Part shown: positions 56,731 through 64,000 of the stretch, piece by piece
Position numbering within the stretch: position 1 is the first letter of the stretch
Layout of the letters: the number at the start of each line of letters is the position of its first letter
Assembly (NCBI GenBank): GCA_016840085.1
Contig: JAEOTA010000085.1
Span: 17,441 to 81,440, forward strand
Source: Promethearchaeota archaeon
Lineage (GTDB): Archaea > Asgardarchaeota > Lokiarchaeia > Sigyniarchaeales > SOKP01
Direction: 5' to 3'
DNA: 64,000 bases
Made by a program: the position numbers and the translations under genes
The notes under the pieces: generated by a model
The model's input: the letters and a program-made list of their open reading frames with translations, nothing else
Told to the model about the DNA's origin: nothing
Database searches by the model: none

Positions 56731-57256
56731 TTAAATCCTTAGCTTTTTCCAATAAAATGGTATAGTACTTTTTTTCCATCCATAAACCCATCTCAATCAT
56801 TTTATCAAGTAATTCATGGAATTCTTTATAATTTTTCAAGATTCTTTTTTCAAGAGCTTCTAAGAGAATTTCAGTGCTCCATTTCGTATTGATACTTTTT
56901 GATTCAGCAATTAACCTGGCTCTCTTATCGTTTACAAGTAATAAGTCAGCATTTAGCTCTAAACATAGAGCTATGGCATATGCCTCTCCGCGCCCTAATT
57001 ATTTTGTAAGATTTAAAGCAATTTCATGAGATTTATCTGATTCCGGGTCTTTAACGATAAGCCATCCTTCTTCTTTAGCATTTAATTCATATTTTATATC
57101 TTGTGGGATTTCCTCATCTAGTTTAGAAAATGGATGTATTAATTCTTCCCAAACAGCATTATGAATGAATACTGTCGAATATAATTCTTTTAATAGAAAT
57201 AATTTCTCAATTTTAGCAAAAAATATTAAAGGAGAGGTATCAGAAATAACTATCAT
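56731..57256 (-). pseudogene. DUF3368-type PIN-domain toxin interrupted by an in-frame TAA (56999-57001)
   Basis: MIVISDTSPLIFFAKIEKLFLLKELY...HEIALNLTK*LGRGEAYAIALCLELNADLLLVNDKRARLIAESKSINTKWSTEILLEA..., all in one frame. Confidence 0.7.
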
Positions 57257-57267
57257 ATAAATCAGTT

Positions 57268-57504
57268 TTATATATGAACAGGTATTCTGGCTTTTGTACG
57301 AATCAATTCTAACTCTCGATATGAAATTCGTGCTATTTCAGAAGCTTTACCAAATGATATATCTCCTCGCATATATAATTCTAAAGCATCTTGAATAGCC
57401 TCTGGAAGTGATCTTATATATTCCCAATCTATAGGTTTAATTAAATCCTTTTGATTGAACCAATATTGACTTAAATCACTGTTCTGTACCATATTATATC
57501 TCAT
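57268..57504 (-). CDS. UPF0175-family antitoxin
   Basis: ALELYMRGDISFGKASEIARISYRELELIRTKARIP. Sits 11 nt upstream of the PIN gene. Confidence 0.7.
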   Translation of the reverse strand: MRYNMVQNSDLSQYWFNQKDLIKPIDWEYIRSLPEAIQDALELYMRGDISFGKASEIARISYRELELIRTKARIPVHI

Positions 57505-57562
57505 TGATTCTTATTCAATAATTTAAAGGAAATATTCATATAAAATTTTATTGGCTTAAATA

Positions 57563-58033
57563 TTAACTGTTATCTTCTATACTCTTATAATGTCTGAAGG
57601 GACCTAATTCTTTAATTTGGTTAGTAAATTCTGTGATTACTTCAGCAAATCTCTTTCCTTCAGATGCACTGACCCATTCTAAACGCACCCTTTTTGGATC
57701 TACTCCTAATTGTTTAATCAGAATATTATGTAATCTCTCGAATCGTTCCTGTGTATATTCATTTCCAGTAATATAATGACAATCTCCAATATGACATCCA
57801 CTTACTAGAACTCCATCAGCGCCATTTTTTAAAGCTTTTAGGACAAATGATGGATCTACTCTTCCAGAGCACATTACCCTAATGATTCGAATATTCGGAG
57901 GGTATTGAAACCGTGAGACTCCTGCTAAATCTGCTCCTGCATAACTGCACCAGTTACAACAAAAAACTAAAATATGAGGTTCGAATTCTTCTTTTTTTAC
58001 TTTTTTTCTTGATCGTGACATTTTCTTATTCAC
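57563..58033 (-). CDS. mvhD: Methyl-viologen-reducing hydrogenase delta subunit
   Basis: [37 protein letters not shown]. Overlaps the hdrA stop by 8 nt. Confidence 0.85.
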   Translation of the reverse strand: MNKKMSRSRKKVKKEEFEPHILVFCCNWCSYAGADLAGVSRFQYPPNIRIIRVMCSGRVDPSFVLKALKNGADGVLVSGCHIGDCHYITGNEYTQERFERLHNILIKQLGVDPKRVRLEWVSASEGKRFAEVITEFTNQIKELGPFRHYKSIEDNS

Positions 58034-61000
58034 CTTTAGAATTAATAGTTGCTTTTTCTAATAAATAGGAATCTATCATTGTATTGATCTGGTCAAAATC
58101 ATAATGTTTTACTATTATTGCACCTACAGGGCAAGTTGCAGCACAAGTTCCACAACCTTTGCACACAGCTGCATTTATATTTGATTTCTTCACTATGATG
58201 CTTAGATCTTCAAATTCTTTAGTTATTTCCGTAAGCTGTATTGCTTTATAAGGACAAACCTCCTCACATTTACCACATCCTATACATTTTTCTTCTAAAA
58301 CCTCAGCTACCAATCCAGATGTGGTAATTTTATCAGCACTTAAAAATCTACTTGCTCTGCCCGCTGCACCGTTAGCTTGTGAAATTGAATCTTGAATATT
58401 TTTCGGCCACTGAGCACAACCACATAAGAAAATCCCATCTGTAGCAAAATCTAAGGGTCTTAATTTAACATGAGCTTCTAAGAAGAAACCGTTTTTATCC
58501 AATGGAACTTTCAGCATCATTGCTAATTCTTTAAGATTGTCAGCTGGAATCATGGGTGTTGAAAGTATTACCAAATCTGTTTCAAATTCAATATTATCTT
58601 TCAAATTAGTATCAAATACTTTTATTTCAAACTTTTCTGAGCTTCTTTTTTTCTTTTTTACTACTGGCAGATTATCTAGGTCATATCTTAGAAAAATTGC
58701 ATCTTGTCTACGTTCACGATAAAATTCCTCAAAATATTTCTTAGCCATTTGCAAATCCCTATAAATCACAACTATTTCTAACTCAGGCTTCTTTTCTTTT
58801 AAGATTCTAATGTTTTTAATTGAATTCGCGCAACATATATTAGAACAGTAAGTAATTCCTTCGTTTTGTCTAGCATTTACGCATAAAATCATTGTTATTC
58901 GATTTATATTTTCTAACCATGATTTATCCTTGCTTTTTAATTTCTGTTCTAACTCCAATTGGGTTATTACATTATTATTTTTATCGTTATAGCCAAAAAG
59001 ACCATTAGGTTTATACTCTTGACCACCAGTAGCAACTATGATAGTTCCAATTTTTAACTCATGGATTTCGTTATTTGAATCATTTAATATCACGTCATAA
59101 TTTCCAACATACCCTTTAATACTCTTAATTTCAGCATTAAAGAAGGTTTGGATGTTATTGTTTTTTTCTATCTTTTCTTTTGTTTCATTTAATAAATCTA
59201 ACGCATTTTTATGAACTGGATACAATACATTTAAAAATCTTAGGTTTCCCCCTAATTCACTTTCTTTTTCAACAATAATAGTTTTAAATCCTTGATTAGC
59301 AGTATTTAATGCAGCAGTCATTCCCGAAATACCTCCACCAATAATTAATGCTGTGTGTGTAATATCTATTTTATCTTCCTTTTGTGGTTTTAATAATCTT
59401 GATTTAGCAACATGCATTCGAATTAAATCCATGGCTTTTTCTGTAGCTGCTTCTTTTTCTTTCATATGAACCCATGAACATTGATCTCGAATATTTACAA
59501 GTTCAAAGAGATATTTGTTTAAACCCGCTTCCTGACATGTTTCTTGAAATAAGGATTCATGGGTTCTAGGAGTACAAGACGCAACAATAAACCTATTTAA
59601 ATCATATTCATCAATTAATTCTTTAATCCTTATTTGGGAATCAGGTGAACAAGAGTATAGATTATCTTCACACAACACTACATTTGGGAGGGTTTTTACG
59701 TATTCTACAACTTTAGGGACATCTACATAATTTCCTATATTAATTCCACAATGACAAACCATTACACCTATTCTTGGTTCATCTGTAATTTTAACCTCTT
59801 TTTCTGGTATATCAAATATTTTCTCTTGTATTTTTGTGAATTTAACAGCATTTAGTAACTCGGCAATTTGCGCAGCCACCCCGCTGGCATCTGCAACTGT
59901 CTCAGGGATGTCCATTGGGCCTTGGCAGAATCCACATAAGTAAATTCCTTCTCTTGTTGACTTTAATTTATTAAAATATGATTTTTCTTGGAAGAAATTG
60001 TATTTATCCAATTCAATACCTAACACTTCTCCTAACTCATTAACTCCTTTTGACGGAACTAGAGGTGAAGCTAAAACTACTAAATTTGCACGGAAATCCT
60101 TAAATTCACCTGTCTTTAAATCTTCATAATGTATGAGTAAATCATTTGTTGCAGGATTTTCTTCGATGGTACTGATCTTAGATTGGAAATATTGTACTCC
60201 ATATTCTTCTTGTGCTCTTTGTGTGAATTCGTAAAAATTTTTACCATATGCGCGAATATCATGTCGAAATATATAACATTTAGAATTTTCAGAATGCTCT
60301 TGAGTAATAATTGCTTGTTTTGCAGTGTATGTGCAACAAACACTAGAACAATAAGGTACATTTTCATGAAGATCTCTAGAACCCGCACATTGAACGAAAG
60401 CGATTACCTCAGGTTCTTCTTCATCGCTTAACCGCATAACATGCCCGCTAAATGGTCCAGATGCGCATAATATTCTTTCATATTCAAGAGCACTTACTAC
60501 ATTTTCGTATCGATAACCCCATCTTGAAGATAATTTTTCAGCAGGCATCTGAAAACCTGTAGCAACTACCACAGCTCCAACTTTAATCTCAAATTCTTGT
60601 GACTTCTGCTCAAAATCTATTGCATCAGCAGAGCAAGCTTTTTTACATACTTGACATACGCCCTTCGTTAAATATAAACACATTTCTGGATCAATTAAAT
60701 AAATAGGGGGTACTGCTTGAGGAAAAGGAATATATATGGATTTTCTTGTACCAATATTCATTTCAAAAGGATTTGGAGCCATTATTTTTGGGCACTTGTT
60801 TGAACATTCTCCACATCCCTTACACTTTGTTTCATCAACATATCGAGGTTTCTTTAGAATTTTGGCAGTAAAATTACCAGGTTCTCCATCAATTTTAAGA
60901 ACTTCATGATATGTCATTAATTCAATATTAGGATTACGAAAGACTTCAACCATTTTAGGGGCGAGGATGCATAATGAACAATCTAATGTTGGAAAAGTTT

Positions 61001-61136
61001 TATCCAATTGAGCCATTCTTCCCCCAATTGAAGGTGACTTTTCTACTAAATAAACTTTAAATCCTAATTCCGTTAGATCAAGTGAAATTTGAATTCCAGC
61101 TATACCTCCTCCAATTACTAAAACTGAACCTTCCAT
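58026..61136 (-). CDS. hdrA: Tandem-fused heterodisulfide reductase subunit A (two HdrA-like modules, 1036 aa)
   Basis: Module 1: [37 protein letters not shown], inserted ferredoxin. Module 2: [64 protein letters not shown]. Confidence 0.85.
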   Translation of the reverse strand: MEGSVLVIGGGIAGIQISLDLTELGFKVYLVEKSPSIGGRMAQLDKTFPTLDCSLCILAPKMVEVFRNPNIELMTYHEVLKIDGEPGNFTAKILKKPRYVDETKCKGCGECSNKCPKIMAPNPFEMNIGTRKSIYIPFPQAVPPIYLIDPEMCLYLTKGVCQVCKKACSADAIDFEQKSQEFEIKVGAVVVATGFQMPAEKLSSRWGYRYENVVSALEYERILCASGPFSGHVMRLSDEEEPEVIAFVQCAGSRDLHENVPYCSSVCCTYTAKQAIITQEHSENSKCYIFRHDIRAYGKNFYEFTQRAQEEYGVQYFQSKISTIEENPATNDLLIHYEDLKTGEFKDFRANLVVLASPLVPSKGVNELGEVLGIELDKYNFFQEKSYFNKLKSTREGIYLCGFCQGPMDIPETVADASGVAAQIAELLNAVKFTKIQEKIFDIPEKEVKITDEPRIGVMVCHCGINIGNYVDVPKVVEYVKTLPNVVLCEDNLYSCSPDSQIRIKELIDEYDLNRFIVASCTPRTHESLFQETCQEAGLNKYLFELVNIRDQCSWVHMKEKEAATEKAMDLIRMHVAKSRLLKPQKEDKIDITHTALIIGGGISGMTAALNTANQGFKTIIVEKESELGGNLRFLNVLYPVHKNALDLLNETKEKIEKNNNIQTFFNAEIKSIKGYVGNYDVILNDSNNEIHELKIGTIIVATGGQEYKPNGLFGYNDKNNNVITQLELEQKLKSKDKSWLENINRITMILCVNARQNEGITYCSNICCANSIKNIRILKEKKPELEIVVIYRDLQMAKKYFEEFYRERRQDAIFLRYDLDNLPVVKKKKRSSEKFEIKVFDTNLKDNIEFETDLVILSTPMIPADNLKELAMMLKVPLDKNGFFLEAHVKLRPLDFATDGIFLCGCAQWPKNIQDSISQANGAAGRASRFLSADKITTSGLVAEVLEEKCIGCGKCEEVCPYKAIQLTEITKEFEDLSIIVKKSNINAAVCKGCGTCAATCPVGAIIVKHYDFDQINTMIDSYLLEKATINSKGE

Positions 61137-62434
61137 TATTTTACCTCCTCCACTTTTTCACTTGATTCCACAATATTAATCAAATCCACTAAAAATTCAG
61201 AAAAATCTACTATTTCAATTGAAGAGATATCTTCATAATCTTCTTGTAAACATGATAAGTGCATTTTACACTTTGGACATGAGGTCACCATTATTTCTCC
61301 AGCTTCTTTTGCTTCCAATAGTTTCTTGTAGCGTAACGCTTTTGAGCGATCATTACAATTCATCCAAGAACTCACACCACAGCATAAAGAATCTGTTTTA
61401 TTATGTACCATTTCTTTAAATTCATAACCCAATTCTTTTAAATAAGAGAAAATTTCACGTACATTTTCTATAATATCACTTTCTTTTGGTAAAAATCTGC
61501 TTAGACGACAAGGATCATGATAAGTGAATTGAATAGATTCCTTTTTATCACTTGGATTTTTAAATTCTATCTTATTTGCTTTCCAATTTTCGTAAATATA
61601 TTCTATTAAATGTTTAACTTCAAATTTTTTGTTAAAATCTTCAAATAGCTTTTGATACTCCACTTTAAATGTTCGATAGCATTCAGCACATGCAGTTATT
61701 ATCGTTGAAATCCCTGCTTTTTCAAACTTATCCAAATTCTTTTTTGCTAAATTGATGAAAGCATTAAGCTTCCCTTGACCCCAATAGAGATCATGACCAC
61801 AGCAAATTTCGTCTTTAAGGACTACAATTGGTTCTTTTTCTATCTGGCAAATGATTTTTAAGGTGCTTTCTGCTATCGAATCTGAATTTTTAAATTCAAA
61901 ATTAAAAAAGGGTAAACATCCAACATAATACATAATAGTTCCGTGTTCTGAAATCTTACATCCTTTGGGTACCCAATCAAGAGATCTATTTGGCTCTATA
62001 TCGGATTCACTCATTATTTCTGAAACTATAGTATATATACCTTTATGAGCAACATATTCATCCGGATTTTGATTATAAGATGTCCGCATTTTATATTTTG
62101 CCATTCTTACAATATCTGCGAAATTTATTCCCTCAGGACAATTTTGAAGACAGGTATTACAAGTTAAACAATCCCATAAAACACCACTCTTGATTATTTT
62201 GTCTTCAAAACCTTCTAATATCATTTGAATAATTCTACTAGGTTCAAAAGTTTGAACCTTACTGAGTTGACATACCCCACTACAGCGAACACATTGATAA
62301 CATCGATATAATAATTTTCTTATATCTGGTTCATAAATTTTTTCAAGATAAGAATTAATATCATCGCTGAGTTCTTCTGAATCATCCGCTTTTTTAGTCT
62401 CAGTAATAATCTTCACTTTTTTTTGGTAATTCAA
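61136..62434 (-). CDS. Fused HdrC-like (2x[4Fe-4S]) / HdrB-like (two CCG domains) protein
   Basis: CYQCVRCSGVCQLS, CLTCNTCLQNCP, then EICCGHDLYWG and SLCCGVSSWMNC. The stop overlaps the hdrA start by 1 nt. Confidence 0.8.
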   Translation of the reverse strand: MNYQKKVKIITETKKADDSEELSDDINSYLEKIYEPDIRKLLYRCYQCVRCSGVCQLSKVQTFEPSRIIQMILEGFEDKIIKSGVLWDCLTCNTCLQNCPEGINFADIVRMAKYKMRTSYNQNPDEYVAHKGIYTIVSEIMSESDIEPNRSLDWVPKGCKISEHGTIMYYVGCLPFFNFEFKNSDSIAESTLKIICQIEKEPIVVLKDEICCGHDLYWGQGKLNAFINLAKKNLDKFEKAGISTIITACAECYRTFKVEYQKLFEDFNKKFEVKHLIEYIYENWKANKIEFKNPSDKKESIQFTYHDPCRLSRFLPKESDIIENVREIFSYLKELGYEFKEMVHNKTDSLCCGVSSWMNCNDRSKALRYKKLLEAKEAGEIMVTSCPKCKMHLSCLQEDYEDISSIEIVDFSEFLVDLINIVESSEKVEEVK

Positions 62435-62567
62435 ATTTTAATAATTTGAACCAATGATGATAAGAAAAAAAAAGGAAATAATTTATTTTTTCTGATTAGA
62501 TTTCATAACTCTATTATCAAATGAGAAAATATAGATATGATAAAGTTATATTCTATTAAGTTTCAGG

Positions 62568-64000
62568 TTACATTGCTAATGTCCTAATCATAGCATTGAT
62601 TTGTTCAAAATCGTAATGTTTAATAGAAATTGCCCCAACTGGACAATTCACTGCACAAGTTCCACATCCTTTGCATAAACCTGAATTTACAGAAATTTTT
62701 TTTATTGGTAGACTTACCTCTTCAAATTCTTTTAGGACGTTTGTAATTTCTATTGCGTTATAGGAACATGCTTCCTCGCATGTTCCACATCCGATACACA
62801 CATCTGGATCTACTTCCGCTATTAATCCAGATGTAGTAATTTCCTCTGCGATTAAAAACCTACATGCTCTTCCTGCTGCACCATTTGCTTGTGATATTGA
62901 ACCTTGTATATTTTTTGGCCAATGAGCACATCCACACAAGAAGATACCATCAGTAGCAAAATCTAATGGTCTTAATTTAACGTGAGCCTCGAGAAAAAAA
63001 CCATTTTTGTCTAGAGGAACCTTGAGCATCTTTGCTAGCTCATCTGAATTGTCAGCTGGAATCATAGGTGTCGATAATACTATTAAATCTGTTTCAAATT
63101 TGATATTATCTTGTAGATTGGTATCAAAAACTTTAATTTCGAACTTACTTGTTCCACTATTGCTCTCTTTAATTGTAGGGGGAGCATCTAAATCATACCT
63201 CAAAAAAATAGCATCTTTTCTTCGTTCACGATAATAACTTTCGAATTCTTTCTTTGCCATCTGAAGATCTCTATAGAGAACTATTAATTTGAGGTCGTGC
63301 TTTAATTCTTTTAGGATGTTAATATTCTTTATAGCACTTTCACAACATATATTTGAACAATATGTTATCCCTTTCTTTTGTCTAGCGTTCACACATAATA
63401 GGGTAGTAATATGATTAAGTTTATCTAACCATGATTTATCTTCATCCTTTAATTTCTGTTCTAGTTGTAATTGTGTAATTACGTTGTGGTTCGTATATCT
63501 ATATTCAAAAAATTCATTAGGTTTTAATTCTTGTCCTCCAGTGGCAACAATAATAGTACCAATTTTTAACTCATGAATCTTATTATCTGAATCAATAAGT
63601 GAAACATTATAATTACCAAGATATCCATTAATATCGTTTAAATTAGAGTTTAAAAAGAGTTGAATGTTCTTATTTTGTTCAACCTTTACTCTGGTTTCGT
63701 TTAATAAGACTGAAGCATCCTCTTGAGTAGGATATAGCATATTTAAGAATCTTAAATTTCCACCTAAATATTTCTCTTTTTCTATAAGATAAACAATAAA
63801 TCCTTGATTAGCGATATTTAATGCAGCAGTCATTCCGGATATTCCTCCACCAATCACCAATGCAGTTTGAGTAATTTTTAATTTCTTTTCTTCTTGTGAT
63901 TTTAATAATCTAGATTTAGCAACTCCCATTCTTATTAAATCAATTGCTTTTTCCGTAGCTAGCTCCTTTTCTTTCATATGTACCCATGAACATTGATCAC
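62568..64000 (-). CDS. hdrA: Second HdrA-like gene, N-terminal part outside the window
   Basis: The frame is open to the window edge (...[24 protein letters not shown]...). About 75% aa identity to module 2 of the 1036-aa HdrA. Confidence 0.85.
   Translation of the reverse strand, partial: DQCSWVHMKEKELATEKAIDLIRMGVAKSRLLKSQEEKKLKITQTALVIGGGISGMTAALNIANQGFIVYLIEKEKYLGGNLRFLNMLYPTQEDASVLLNETRVKVEQNKNIQLFLNSNLNDINGYLGNYNVSLIDSDNKIHELKIGTIIVATGGQELKPNEFFEYRYTNHNVITQLQLEQKLKDEDKSWLDKLNHITTLLCVNARQKKGITYCSNICCESAIKNINILKELKHDLKLIVLYRDLQMAKKEFESYYRERRKDAIFLRYDLDAPPTIKESNSGTSKFEIKVFDTNLQDNIKFETDLIVLSTPMIPADNSDELAKMLKVPLDKNGFFLEAHVKLRPLDFATDGIFLCGCAHWPKNIQGSISQANGAAGRACRFLIAEEITTSGLIAEVDPDVCIGCGTCEEACSYNAIEITNVLKEFEEVSLPIKKISVNSGLCKGCGTCAVNCPVGAISIKHYDFEQINAMIRTLAM

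Larger units (their letters stand above)
56670..57587. mobile_element. Inserted toxin-antitoxin cassette bracketed by the mvhD 3'-end duplication
   Basis: Lies between direct repeats 56575..56669 and 57588..57682. Carries only the UPF0175/PIN pair. Confidence 0.5.

Noticed and set aside
2021-63234. Remaining short ORFs in the track that overlap confident genes in another frame or antisense. Starts: 2021, 4260, 5267, 5749, 8191, 10507, 10987, 15578, 20209, 20608, 21322, 23131, 25794, 26448, 27093, 27601, 30293, 42732, 42991, 43359, 45933, 47297, 49398, 49812, 50667, 54641, 54721, 58537, 60116, 60183, 61219, 63007.
   Set aside because: All are embedded in longer ORFs with clear family motifs. 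Their compositions (Ile/Phe/Ser/Leu-rich, low complexity) are typical of antisense or out-of-frame reading of AT-rich coding DNA.
1-64000. CRISPR arrays, rRNA genes and tRNA genes
   Set aside because: I saw no regularly spaced direct repeats, no cloverleaf-capable GC-rich ~75-nt segments and no rRNA-like conserved stretches while reading both strands. A proper tRNAscan, Infernal or CRISPR finder run was not possible.

Overview
AT-rich (roughly 30% GC), gene-dense window with genes on both strands. Gene content looks archaeal. I found no rRNA, tRNA or CRISPR array.

Core content is anaerobic C1 and energy metabolism:
- a formylmethanofuran dehydrogenase cluster (Fe-S protein, fwdB, fwdD, fwdA; no fwdC seen);
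- an mvhD/hdrA/hdrCB/hdrA cluster containing a tandem-fused 1036-aa HdrA;
- an MtaA-like methyltransferase with a corrinoid protein;
- an Mrp/ApbC Fe-S carrier.

Other housekeeping content:
- the archaeal mevalonate entry module (two tandem thiolase paralogs plus an HMG-CoA synthase fused to DUF35);
- a treT plus sugar ABC transporter island;
- a CoA-transferase pair, an acyl-CoA synthetase, an aminotransferase, a tryptophanase/tyrosine phenol-lyase family gene, a sulfatase/HD/ADH operon, a PAS histidine kinase, MoxR plus vWA, MscL, PadR and MFS transporters.

This combination fits an AT-rich anaerobic archaeon, possibly Asgard/Lokiarchaeia-like. That is an inference I cannot verify without a database search.

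The most interesting signal is a recurring architecture. At four loci, accessory cargo is bracketed by a diverged direct duplication of a host gene or gene end:
- a membrane-anchored TIR protein inside a duplicated lyase 3' end;
- a UPF0175/PIN toxin-antitoxin pair inside a duplicated mvhD 3' end;
- a triple zinc-ribbon/PD-(D/E)XK-like nuclease gene splitting MoxR from vWA, with a duplicated vWA 5' end;
- the treT/ABC island between two paralogous small membrane genes.
None of the cargos carries a recognisable integrase or transposase.

Other points worth a second look:
- an orphan, translationally coupled three-gene operon (membrane GNAT, kinase-like protein, 503-aa helical protein);
- three genes interrupted by in-frame stops;
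- a Trp-containing upstream ORF overlapping the lyase start codon;
- a possible longin/uDENN-like protein.

All functional calls come from motifs read by eye in the translated ORFs. No searches were run.
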